Source: Candidatus Hydrogenedentota bacterium (lineage in GTDB: Bacteria; Hydrogenedentota; Hydrogenedentia; Hydrogenedentales; SLHB01). Taken from it: a stretch of DNA of 64,000 nucleotides. Location of the stretch: positions 32,001 to 96,000 of the forward strand of contig CAXXYE010000002.1 in assembly GCA_963674865.2 (NCBI GenBank), given 5' to 3'. Below the pieces are notes generated by a model. That model was not told where the DNA came from. It searched no databases and saw only the letters and a list, made by a program, of their open reading frames with translations. This document shows positions 18,390 to 27,920 of the stretch, one piece after another. Position 1 is the first letter of the stretch; the number at the start of each line of letters is the position of its first letter. Both the position numbers and the translations under genes were made by a program.

Positions 18390-19589
18390 ATGAGCATGTT
18401 CTATGAATTCCTAACACCGGATGTAGTTAGGGCAGTTCTTACGAACGCACTTGGAACATTATGTGGTGGCATGAGTTTGGCGCTCTTCGCTTTCTTCTTT
18501 GGGGATTGGCTATTCGGAATTCCAAATGTTCACGGCCACTGGTACTTCGTAACCGAGACAACGAGAGCACGGAAAAGTGATTACAAAGGCATGCGCGTAA
18601 CCTACAAGGCTCTCCTTCGACAGGAAGGTAGCCACATCGAGGGCAGTGGCGAGAAGGTCATGGATCAAACGGCTGACGGGCTTGAGACTATCTTCGAGTT
18701 CAGCAAACGCGTCCAGGTTAAGATCTCTGGCTGTGTCAGAAAGCGATACTTAGGCAGATCCCAAGTTCTCATTCATATCGAAGAAGACGGTAGGCAGCGG
18801 CCTACCTCAGCCCTTCATACTCTGGCCAGAAAGAATGGCGACCTTCTCGGCGGGACGTTCACATGGACGGCCTCAGATAGCTATGGAGGAGTCGTATGGA
18901 GCCGGTGGCTTCCGGTGGCACCGTCCGATATCGTCCATAAGCGTACTCGGAAAGTCCGCTCAATTGACAAGACTCTCGCAGGAATTGTGTTCGTAGTGGG
19001 AAGGATGTTGGTAGCTATGAACGCATTTGGCTTGCACGACAGACAGGACGAGCTCTTGCGCGCGTGTCAGTCACTTGACTTCACGAGAGCCCCGTCTCTG
19101 GCGGTCGACATGCTTGGACTCGGAGAGGACAGAAGGTACTACTCTCATGCTGGAATTGATCCGCGAGGTATTGCGCGCGCTATATGGATGTTTCTGAAGA
19201 AGAACGAACGTCAAGGCGGCAGCACCATCGAGCAACAATTTGTGAGGACACTGACGAGCGACTTCGAGTACACAGTAGTCCGGAAGGTGCGCGAGATGGC
19301 GCTTGCGACTCTTATCAGCAGAAGGACACCAAAATCCCGTATCGCGCATTTATATCTCTCCGTCGCACATTTCGGATATAGGATGGAGGGCATCGATGCA
19401 GCATGTAAGAGTCTGGGAAAGGATGTGGAGAGCCTAAGCCCTTCTGATGCAGCCGAACTCATAGCGAGGCTCAAGTATCCGCAGCCAAAGGATGTTACTC
19501 CCGTTTGGGAGGAGAAGCTCAAACGAAGGACAAAGCATCTTCTGAGTCTTTATCAAGGGGATGCAGGGAGAACTGACACGATTTCGTAG
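18390..19589 (+). CDS. Membrane protein: N-terminal TM + beta-strand-rich domain fused to a peptidoglycan transglycosylase (GT51) domain
   Basis: C-terminal EDRRYYSHAGID, GGSTIEQQFVR, RKVRE, K..I..LYL...FG..GI.AA. N-terminal hydrophobic helix followed by PNVHGHW and alternating beta-strand patterns. ATG 18390 preferred to the ORF-track start. Confidence 0.8.
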   Translation: MSMFYEFLTPDVVRAVLTNALGTLCGGMSLALFAFFFGDWLFGIPNVHGHWYFVTETTRARKSDYKGMRVTYKALLRQEGSHIEGSGEKVMDQTADGLETIFEFSKRVQVKISGCVRKRYLGRSQVLIHIEEDGRQRPTSALHTLARKNGDLLGGTFTWTASDSYGGVVWSRWLPVAPSDIVHKRTRKVRSIDKTLAGIVFVVGRMLVAMNAFGLHDRQDELLRACQSLDFTRAPSLAVDMLGLGEDRRYYSHAGIDPRGIARAIWMFLKKNERQGGSTIEQQFVRTLTSDFEYTVVRKVREMALATLISRRTPKSRIAHLYLSVAHFGYRMEGIDAACKSLGKDVESLSPSDAAELIARLKYPQPKDVTPVWEEKLKRRTKHLLSLYQGDAGRTDTIS

Positions 19590-19805
19590 TCCAGCGGAAG
19601 ACTGCGGAGGCGGATGCATATCCGGTGAATGTGGGATTGTCAGGACACGCCACGCAACTCCCGTCATCCGCTCGTAAAGCCCTTATATTGCTTAGGATAC
19701 GAAGGCCTAAGATCGCGTGGCACCGCGCGCCTTGACAACTCCCATGTGCGGCGGGCTTTAATAGGTGCGTTGCCGGACGGGGCCTCGAGCTGGAAAGGAA
19801 GAATC

Positions 19806-20846
19806 ATGCGAAGGGCGTTTTTGTTGAGGGCTTATGTCTTTATCGTTGTCGCGGTGCTTGTAGCTTGCGGCGTGTGTGCCGGGGGGGCGGCGTCGGCCGA
19901 TGGGAAGGCCGGGAAGCTGCGCTTCAATGAAGACGGGCGTTTTCGCATCGTCCAGTTTACGGACATTCACTGGAAGGCCGGCGAGGAGGATGATCAGAAG
20001 TCGATTGCCTTGATGGGTACGGTGCTCGATATCGAAAAGCCGGATCTCGTGGTGCTGACGGGCGATATCCTTGGCGGGGGCAAGTGCAAGGCGCCTGGGG
20101 CCGGGCTGCAGGCCTGCGCCGCGCCGATGATTGAGCGGGGGATTCCGTGGGCGTTGGCCTTCGGCAATCACGATGACGAGTCCACCATGAGCCGTGATGA
20201 ACTCATGAAGCTGGCGCGCAGTCTGCCTTACGGCGTTTCTCAACGCGGCCCTCGGGATATCACCGGCGTGAGTAATTATGTCCTGCCGGTGCGCGCGTCG
20301 AAAGGCCGGAAGCAGGCCGCGACCATCTATTGCATCGACTCGAACAGCTATTATTACGTGGGCGAGGAAAGAGACGGCTACGACTGGATTCATCCGGATC
20401 AGATTCACTGGTATCTAAAGAAGGCCGAGGGCATCCGGAAGCGGAGCGGGGGAGAACTCCTGCCGGCCCTGGCGTTTTTTCACATCCCGATTCCGGAATA
20501 CAAAGATGTTTGGGATGCCGGCGGGTGCGTGGGCTCCAAGTACGAGGATGTGTGTTCTCCGAAGGTGAATTCGGGCTTCTTTGCCGCCTTATTCGAGGCC
20601 GGGGATGTGATGGGCACCTTCGTCGGGCATGATCATGTGAATGATTATGAGGGCGCGCTGCGCGGCATTCGGCTGTGTTACGGCCGGGGCAGCGGGTTCC
20701 GCGCTTACGGGCGAGAGGGATTCCCGCGCGGGGCGCGGGTGATCGAGCTTATCGAGGGGCAGCGCGTCTTTGCCACTTGGCTCCGTCTTGAAGGCGGCAA
20801 GAAGCTTGTGCTGTGTGAGGATCAGCCGGCGGCCGGTGAGCGGTAG
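19806..20846 (+). CDS. Secreted calcineurin-like metallophosphoesterase (DCR2/PAP-like)
   Basis: QFTDIH, LTGD, FGNHD, FFHIP, VGHDHVND; signal peptide; GAAAGGA RBS. Confidence 0.92.
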   Translation: MRRAFLLRAYVFIVVAVLVACGVCAGGAASADGKAGKLRFNEDGRFRIVQFTDIHWKAGEEDDQKSIALMGTVLDIEKPDLVVLTGDILGGGKCKAPGAGLQACAAPMIERGIPWALAFGNHDDESTMSRDELMKLARSLPYGVSQRGPRDITGVSNYVLPVRASKGRKQAATIYCIDSNSYYYVGEERDGYDWIHPDQIHWYLKKAEGIRKRSGGELLPALAFFHIPIPEYKDVWDAGGCVGSKYEDVCSPKVNSGFFAALFEAGDVMGTFVGHDHVNDYEGALRGIRLCYGRGSGFRAYGREGFPRGARVIELIEGQRVFATWLRLEGGKKLVLCEDQPAAGER

Positions 20847-20862
20847 GCGGGGAGAGTGGGCG

Positions 20863-21531
20863 ATGAGAAGTCAGCGATACGAAGAATTGACCGCGCACGA
20901 ATTGAGTGCAGCACTGGCCGAGACGTCACTCGTGTACGTGCCAATCGGCTCCCTTGAATTCCACGGGCCTCACCTCCCTCTCGGGCTGGACACTATTCAC
21001 GCCTACGAGTTTTGTAGGTGCGTTGCGGAGCAAACAGGCGGCGTGTTGTTGCCCCCTACGTATTGGAATGCGAACGGGCACGTTGGGTGGAAGGGGAGCC
21101 TTCTCATCCGAGATAGCACCTTCTGTTCACTTGTTAGCGATATCCTACGGCTGCTCGCCGAGCAAGAGGTGAGGCTTGCGGTCCTATGCACCGGGCATTG
21201 GCCGGCCAAGCAGGGCGCAGCCATTGCCGCTCTTGCCGAGAAGGCAATGAAGGAAGTGACAGACTCCCCCAAGATTCTTGTGCTTGATCCATTTGGCTGT
21301 AATCCAATCGATACGGATCCCGGCCATGCCGGCAAGAAGGAAACATCGCTCATGCTTGCGCTGCGGCCTGAAATGGTGCACATGAGCAAGCTTTCAGAAA
21401 GTGAGAACGCCTACGACGGGATCGGGAAGGACGCGGCTGAGGCTTCCGCCGACTACGGAAAGGAGTACTTTGCGGCCTCGGTGCAGAATTGCGTTCGCAT
21501 TGTGAGCGAGGAACTTGCTCGCTTGCGGTAA
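20863..21531 (+). CDS. Creatininase family amidohydrolase
   Basis: PIGSLEFHGPHLPLGLD, TGH, HAGKKETS. Confidence 0.88.
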   Translation: MRSQRYEELTAHELSAALAETSLVYVPIGSLEFHGPHLPLGLDTIHAYEFCRCVAEQTGGVLLPPTYWNANGHVGWKGSLLIRDSTFCSLVSDILRLLAEQEVRLAVLCTGHWPAKQGAAIAALAEKAMKEVTDSPKILVLDPFGCNPIDTDPGHAGKKETSLMLALRPEMVHMSKLSESENAYDGIGKDAAEASADYGKEYFAASVQNCVRIVSEELARLR

Positions 21532-21657
21532 TCTCGACGCGAAGGCTGCGCCGAGCGCAAGGAGGACTATCTGAAGGTCCGGCTAGACGCCGTCATCTAG
21601 CAATGCTCCAAACCTGTCGGCGCACGTTGACAAATAGTCCAGAAATGGGTTCGCAGC

Positions 21658-23157
21658 ATGGGAATCTTTCTAATAGCGTTTGCCATGGTCGCGGTTTTTT
21701 CTATGGCGGCAATTTGTCTTAGAGCGGAAGCTCAAGAAACTCCGCATCTAGGCCGCGTGTTCGACCTTTCCGAGACGCCGATGGTCAATGTTCTCGGCCC
21801 GCCCGATTTGCCGAAGTCAATGGACACGATGCCTTTCTATCACGAGGGCGTTTGGCATCTGTTTCATATGCAAAACGGTGGCGCCCTCGCCCACAGAACA
21901 AGCCGCGATCTGGTCCGCTGGCGCGTTGAACGCGTGGCTCTCTGGAGCGGGGGGCGGGGTGAGGCGGATGCCAATATTGCAACGGGTACCGTGGTAAGAG
22001 GCCATGATGGGCGTTTCTACTATTTCTACACCGGCAACCAGAACGTCTGCCTGGCAACCAGCGATGATCTTTATTCATGGGAAAAGCATAAGGGCAATCC
22101 CGTTCTTGTGGGCGATGATGTCGGAGCCTCTCGCCTGAACTTCCGCGATCCATTCGTCTTCTACAACGATGAAGAGGCGTGCTGGTGGATGCTCATCGGG
22201 TCGCAGGCGCCAGGCCGATTCTATCAACGTTCGGGCTGCGTGGCGTTGGCTAAGAGTCGGGATCTTCTTGAATGGACGCTAACGGCTCCGCTTTGGGCGC
22301 CAGGTTTTGGACAGCAGTGCGATTGCCCGCAGGTGCTGCAGCACGGGGGGCATTGGTACCTGTTCACGCTGGATAGAAACGCGCATTACCGAGTGGCGAA
22401 GAGCTTGAAGGGGCCATGGCAGCGGCCACCCATTCGGAGCTGGCTTCCGTATCCCACCTTTGCTATGTCGCGCCCTGCAACCGATGGTGTGCGATGGATA
22501 ACGTTTCCTTTTATGTGCAACCGCGCAGGCGATGATGATCTGGGCGATATCGTCCAAGGCAGGCTCTATTCCGTTCCTCGCGAGTTGGCTTTTCGGCAGG
22601 ACGGCGCCTTGACGGAACACGTGCCGCGCGAGGTGGTGGATGCGATTCTCGCCAAGCCTGAGCTGGAAGGAGAGGTCCTCAAAGACGCCGAGGACGTTGT
22701 CGGAGAATGGCGCATCTTGGGCAATACGCTGGAGTCACCATCAAGCGAAGCCGGCCTCTTACGGTTAGGGACATTGCCTGCCGATTTCTATCTGGAAGCC
22801 TGGCTTGAGCTATCGACTAGCAACATGGACTGCTCGGTGCTGTTCCGCGCCGCCGGCGATATGAGCTTTGCGTATGTGCTGGATTTCCGGCCTGGGGAAA
22901 AGCAGCTTGTCTTGCGGCCCTACAAGAACTGGGACAACCGAGCCGCTCTTGCGACGAATTACTGCGAGATGCCCATCGGGCGGCGAATGAAGTTGCGCCT
23001 GTTTGTCTTTGAGACTGCGATGGAGGTGTTTGTCGACGATAAGTGGTCGTTGTCTCACAGTGTCTACCAACGCAGGGGCAACGACGTCTTCATCGAGCAT
23101 CGTGATGGGAGCATGGCGCTGTCGGACATCAGAATTAGGGCGCTTGGAGGAAGGTGA
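21658..23157 (+). CDS. Secreted GH32-like (five-bladed propeller + beta-sandwich) glycoside hydrolase
   Basis: DTMPFYHEGVWHLF, SRDLVRW, NFRDPF, CDCP, C-terminal EVFVDD. Confidence 0.8.
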   Translation: MGIFLIAFAMVAVFSMAAICLRAEAQETPHLGRVFDLSETPMVNVLGPPDLPKSMDTMPFYHEGVWHLFHMQNGGALAHRTSRDLVRWRVERVALWSGGRGEADANIATGTVVRGHDGRFYYFYTGNQNVCLATSDDLYSWEKHKGNPVLVGDDVGASRLNFRDPFVFYNDEEACWWMLIGSQAPGRFYQRSGCVALAKSRDLLEWTLTAPLWAPGFGQQCDCPQVLQHGGHWYLFTLDRNAHYRVAKSLKGPWQRPPIRSWLPYPTFAMSRPATDGVRWITFPFMCNRAGDDDLGDIVQGRLYSVPRELAFRQDGALTEHVPREVVDAILAKPELEGEVLKDAEDVVGEWRILGNTLESPSSEAGLLRLGTLPADFYLEAWLELSTSNMDCSVLFRAAGDMSFAYVLDFRPGEKQLVLRPYKNWDNRAALATNYCEMPIGRRMKLRLFVFETAMEVFVDDKWSLSHSVYQRRGNDVFIEHRDGSMALSDIRIRALGGR

Positions 23158-23281
23158 GTTCAGGGGGACGTTCTCCGGGGCGATAGGTGCCGCAGCCGAT
23201 TGGCGAAGGGGAGACTGCCGGACGCGGAACTCAATCCATCCATCGCGCCGCGCTCCCGCGCGTGTGCGGCCGGGCGGCCCC

Positions 23282-23854
23282 CTATGAGCCATTCTCTATC
23301 ACGTGGCGGTGAACGGCCTCGTATACATCGTCTTCGGTGCCTGTAGCATCCACGAAGTGGACTTCCGGCCGGTTGAGTTCCTGCAGAAATCGCCAGATGT
23401 CCAAGTGCTTCTGATCTGAGGTGTAGACATGCGGCGGGTCGTAGTGGCCGGGCCTCGCCTGATAGCGGCTTCGGATGCGCGTCATGCAGTGTTTGCGGAG
23501 ACAACGGAGAATGACGGGAAGGAATACGGTGGACGGATGCCGCTCAACGATGCCGTCCAGATGGCGCCAGTGGAATGGCCATCCGAGCGAGAGGTCCAGG
23601 ATCACCGATATACCGGATTGGATGACGTCTTCACACAACTTGAACAGGAGTTCGTATGCGAGCCAGTAGGCATCGATGTCATTGCCCTTTGTTGCCGCCG
23701 AGTCCTTGATGGCGTGGCCGATGGTGTCTGAGCTAAGTCTTGGAATGCGAAAGTCGGCGGAGAGTCGTTTCGATACGGCCGTCTTGCCGGTTCCTGCGAA
23801 GCCGCCTATGGCGATAAGCAGGGGCCCGTGGGCGGGTGTTGGTGGTTCATTCAT
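23282..23854 (-). CDS. P-loop kinase / AAA_33-like ATP-binding protein
   Basis: LIAIGGFAGTGKT Walker A, RLSSD, SVILD. Confidence 0.8.
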   Translation of the reverse strand: MNEPPTPAHGPLLIAIGGFAGTGKTAVSKRLSADFRIPRLSSDTIGHAIKDSAATKGNDIDAYWLAYELLFKLCEDVIQSGISVILDLSLGWPFHWRHLDGIVERHPSTVFLPVILRCLRKHCMTRIRSRYQARPGHYDPPHVYTSDQKHLDIWRFLQELNRPEVHFVDATGTEDDVYEAVHRHVIENGS

Positions 23855-24015
23855 GTTTTCAGCACGTTTCCCCACGGTTTGCAGGTGCAGTGTATCACAG
23901 CACTCGTGAAGGGGATGCGTCCTGCTTGGGCCGTGCAGAGACGGCCGCACGAGCCGCAGGCGGAAGAAGTAATTATGTATTGTGTCCCCTTATTTCCTTA
24001 TTTCCCCATTTCTCC

Positions 24016-25742
24016 TTATTTCTCAGGGAAGGTCAATCCCGCCAGCGGCTTGCCGTCAAGGTCCGTAAACCGCATGAAGAAGCCCCACTCCCCTTTGCGG
24101 TTGTAGTTCTTCACCAAGAGGGTGGATTGTCCCTCAGGGAGTTCGACTTCGACGATGTCGGTGTCCTCTTGGACGCCGCGGACGCCGGAAAAGCGGTATA
24201 TCTCTTTTCCGTTTAGCCATATGACGGCGTCGTCGTCTGATCCTACGCGCATCTGAACTCGTTGCGTCCGAGGGCTGACGACTTCGCACGTCGCATAGGC
24301 CACGCAGTGGGTGGTCAGGTGATCGTCTCCGAAGAGAGGTGTCAGGTACATGAATCCTGCCGCAGACTGACGTTCGATCCAACTAGTCTTCCCGCGCTGC
24401 CCCGCATAGACGCCGGCCAGGTCAATGCCTTCCTCCGGCGGAAAGACAGCGTTGAGGTATTCGTCGTTGGCATCGTGAAAGGGGGCAATTACACGCCAAG
24501 CGGGCGCTAAGCCGGGCACCGTGCGAGGGGTCTCCCAGAATCCCGCGGGCTCGATGCGACGCTGCGCCAGTTCCGTCGGTTCGGGTGCTACCGTGAGTCC
24601 GCCAGTGGAGCGGAGCTCCTCGCCGGCCTCCCGCATTACGTTCTTCATGTGCGTGTAGTCGGCCCAACCTTGAATCGTATCGGAGGTCTCGCATTTGAAG
24701 GCGATCAGTCCGCAAGCCCCCTCGCGTACATAGTCCTCCATCTCCTCGCGTAGTTGCGCACTGGTGGGCATGGCATGGTTCCCCGTCGGATATCCGAACG
24801 CCTGTTGGACGCCAATGAAGGGGATTCCGGGAACACGCTCTCGCGCCGTCATGAGCATTCTTTGGAGATAGAAGGGTATGCGTTCGCGCTGATATCCCCG
24901 CCAGCGAGCCGGATAGATATACACCATCATCACGTCGCAGACGCCCGGCCCAAAATAGTGCAGGGGGCCGAGAAGGCTGTAGCCGGCACAGACAGGGTGG
25001 CTCGGGTTCGGATCAATGCGTTTGACGAGTGCATACAGGGCGCGCAAACCGGACAGGACATCTCCAGGTGGGTCATCGAGGACGTAGTAACCGAACAGGT
25101 TCGGCGAGTCCTTGATCTCTTCTATTTCAGCCGCGCACTTGTCGGGGAAAAAAAGATGAATGCCTTCGTGGTGGGCAGTCGGCTCGGTGCCTCTGAATCC
25201 TCGCTGAGCGTCGCGTAGTTCGGCCTCACCTCTCGACGCATAGCGGATCAGCTCGTCCTCCAGTTGGATAACGCCGGATTCCGGGAGGGCGTTCGCTTTG
25301 GGGAAGAGCAGGGGAATGACGGTTTGCTCCGCGGTAACGGGCGCCGCCAAACGGGGCCTCCCGTAGATATGCCTTGTCAGGGAAACCATGACTTTGATTC
25401 CGTGCTCGCGGCAGTAGGCCCCTTCCGGGGTCGCGGTATCCAGGTGCTCTCGCTTCCCAAAGACCACGTTCATTCCGATGTCGTGGCCGCCGCGAGCCCG
25501 GCCGGGGTTTCCCCACCGTACGTCCCAAAGACAGGTTGCCCGTTCACAGGGAATGCCGTGTGGAGTTTCAGGAACCCGCTCGTTGCTGAACGAGACTCCT
25601 CTTCGAGAACCGGCAATCCACGTTCAAGCGGATCGGCCGACCCTTCCGTCTCAGGAAGCACGCTGTTGTCTGCCATGGCTAACCCTCCCCATATGATCGC
25701 CGTCAGCGAAGCCACCGTGAGGAGGATGTGTTTGATGGACAT
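24016..25742 (-). pseudogene. Secreted glycoside-hydrolase-like / PA14-like protein split by a 1-bp frameshift near 25485
   Basis: The upstream ORF (ATG 25742) has a signal peptide and ends ...LAAATTSE*. The downstream frame reads HDIGMNVVF..., YYVLDDP, and C-terminal GSDDDAVIWLNG. Confidence 0.65.
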
Positions 25743-26019
25743 TGTTCCCCCCTTCTGTCCGCGTTCCAACCGGCTGATGAACTCCGATTTGTGGGCCGCA
25801 GTATACGTGAGCATATGTGCTGTCGGCAAACGTCGTCTCATGGCTCGTCATGAAGCCGGAAGAGCCTTATTCACCCACGATGACACGGCCTCCCCGTGGT
25901 TTGCCCGTTGCTCAACAGGCCATCGGTCATTGGCCGACCGGACACCATATATAGAAAGTATATGCGGTCGGGCAAGGTCTTTGTACAATATGTAGTGTTT
26001 TGGGCTTTTGCCATCGCCG

Positions 26020-26126
26020 TAAGCCGTTGATACGAAACAAGAAGAGACACGGGGCCGGGCCATTTTTTTGTTGACTAATGGGGCGTGAGGTGGTAGAGTC
26101 GAGTCGTCAAGTGGGGCAGAGTGGTA
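26020..26126 (+). promoter_or_regulatory. dcw (mraZ) promoter with MraZ-type direct repeats and an upstream IHF-like site
   Basis: TTGACT(26071)-N17-TAGAGT(26094) with TG extension. TGGGG/GTGG repeats at 26079, 26090, 26111 and 26121. TAAGCCGTTGATA (26020) matches YAANNNNTTGATW. Confidence 0.7.
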
Positions 26127-26143
26127 GGAAAGGGCGAAAAGCC

Positions 26144-26647
26144 GTGTATTTTGGGGAGAGCCAGACGCGCCTGGATGATAAGGGGCGGATCACGGTGCCG
26201 CGGCGGATGCGCGACACAATGCGCGTCTTGGGCCATGATGTCTGGTACATGACGCAGGGCTTCGATCACGCGGTTTTTCTCTTCCACCGGGATGAGTGGA
26301 ACAAGATACGGGGCCAGGTGAGCCGTTACTCCTCGATGGATGCGCGGGCGCTGGATTTTCGGCGCCTGCTTTTCGGGAGCGTCGCGGAGGTGCGTGTGGA
26401 TCGTCAAGGGCGGGTGCCCGTGGCGCCGCACCTTCGGGAGCACGCCGGGTTGGATGAGAAGGGGGACAGCGAGGCGGTCCTTATCGGCGTGGACGATCAT
26501 CTTGAATTGTGGAGCAAGAATGCTTGGCGGGCATTCAAGGATAGTCAAGAGGCGGACTTCAAGGAGATGGCGACCCGGTTGTTTGTGGGAGAACAGGGCG
26601 GGGACGCCCCAAGCGAGGAGAAAGGTGGGCCAGGAGATGATCATTGA
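26144..26647 (+). CDS. mraZ: Division/cell-wall cluster transcriptional repressor MraZ
   Basis: Two DxxGR motifs (LDDKGRITVP, VDRQGRVPV), IGVDDHLELW. Confidence 0.95.
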   Translation: MYFGESQTRLDDKGRITVPRRMRDTMRVLGHDVWYMTQGFDHAVFLFHRDEWNKIRGQVSRYSSMDARALDFRRLLFGSVAEVRVDRQGRVPVAPHLREHAGLDEKGDSEAVLIGVDDHLELWSKNAWRAFKDSQEADFKEMATRLFVGEQGGDAPSEEKGGPGDDH

Positions 26648-26981
26648 TCGCGTTGACATGGGGAGTGCGACGGTACTGCGCCTGGAAGGGGATATCGACG
26701 AGCAAGGGGTGAAAGAGCTCCGGGCTTTCCTCTTGGGCTGCATCAAGGAAGGCCGACACAACCTGATCGTGAACCTGCGTGACGTGAAGTACATCAGCTA
26801 CATGGGCGTGGGGGTGTTGGTGGAGCGTTTGCGCCAGTGCCGTCTTTTCAACGGCGATATGAAGCTGACAGGGATGAACCTTTACTCCCAGCGGCTTTTC
26901 CGCATGGTGGGCGTCACGTCGGTATTCGACACGTACGAGAGCGAAAACCAGGCGGTTCAGGTATTCCAAGAGGCCGCGTAG
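26637..26981 (+). CDS. STAS-domain (anti-sigma-factor antagonist-like) protein
   Basis: VLRLEGDID...LIVNLRDVKYISYMGVGVLV...GDMKL...RLFRMVGVTSVFDTYESENQAV. Overlaps the mraZ stop and ends 3 nt before rsmH. Confidence 0.88.
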   Translation: MIIDRVDMGSATVLRLEGDIDEQGVKELRAFLLGCIKEGRHNLIVNLRDVKYISYMGVGVLVERLRQCRLFNGDMKLTGMNLYSQRLFRMVGVTSVFDTYESENQAVQVFQEAA

Positions 26982-26984
26982 GCG

Positions 26985-27920
26985 GTGCACGTTCCCGTTC
27001 TTGCCGAATCCGCGTTGGCATGGTTAGATGTGCGCGAGGGCGGGACTTACGTTGATTGTACGGCGGGCGGAGGGGGCCATGCCGAAGGGATTGCCCGTCG
27101 CCTTACGCAGGGGCGGCTGATCGCGCTGGATCGCGATCCGGCGGCGGTGGCGAAAGCCAGCGAGCGACTGTCCGCGTTTCCCTGCGCGAAGGTCCTCCAC
27201 CGCAATTATGGTGAGTTGGGCGAGGTCTTGGACGAACTCGCTTTGACGTGTGTGGATGGTGTTCTGTTTGATCTAGGCATTTCGAGCATGCAACTTGACA
27301 CGCCGCATCGAGGATTCTCCTTCCAGGCGGATGGGCCGCTGGACATGCGGATGGATACGTCGTCGGGAGTGACTGCCGCGGAATTGCTGATGACGCTGGA
27401 TGAGCGGGCGCTGGCGCGCCTGCTGCGCGAGTATGGCGATGTGCGGCCGGCCAAGCGCATTGCGGCGGCGATACGCCGGCGCACCGCGGGGGCGGGGATC
27501 GCGACGACGGGCGACTTGAAGCAGGCGGTTGAGGAGGCCTTGGATTTCGTCAAGGGCGTGCCGGAAGAGGTGCGCACGGTTTTCCAGGCGCTCCGCATGG
27601 CCGTGAATGAGGAGTTGCGCTGGCTCAAGAGCGGGCTGGAGCAGGCCATTGATGTATTGGCGCCCGGCGGGCGGCTCGTTACTATCGCTTTTCACAGCGG
27701 CGAGGACAGGATCGTCAAAATGGTGACGCGGGCGGCGTCGCGCCCCCGGCATGAGCGCTATCCTGACGGGCGGACACGGGCGGTTTTCCCCGCTCGTCTG
27801 AAGGTGCTGACGCGCAAGCCAATCGGCCCGGACGCGGCGGAGATCAGTGCGAATCCCCGGGCGCATAGCGCCCGGCTGCGCGCTTTCGAGAAACTGGCGG
27901 AGGAGGGAGGGTGCTCATGA
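26985..27920 (+). CDS. rsmH: 16S rRNA m4C1402 methyltransferase
   Basis: HVPVL, DCTAGGGGHA, DLGISSMQLD..RGFSF, PLDMRM, FQALRMAVNEEL, FHSGEDR, NPRAHSARLR. Confidence 0.97.
   Translation: MHVPVLAESALAWLDVREGGTYVDCTAGGGGHAEGIARRLTQGRLIALDRDPAAVAKASERLSAFPCAKVLHRNYGELGEVLDELALTCVDGVLFDLGISSMQLDTPHRGFSFQADGPLDMRMDTSSGVTAAELLMTLDERALARLLREYGDVRPAKRIAAAIRRRTAGAGIATTGDLKQAVEEALDFVKGVPEEVRTVFQALRMAVNEELRWLKSGLEQAIDVLAPGGRLVTIAFHSGEDRIVKMVTRAASRPRHERYPDGRTRAVFPARLKVLTRKPIGPDAAEISANPRAHSARLRAFEKLAEEGGCS

Noticed and set aside
18390..19589. Complete CBASS system
   Set aside because: No CD-NTase or Cap2/3 genes recognisable adjacent; only an effector-like domain.
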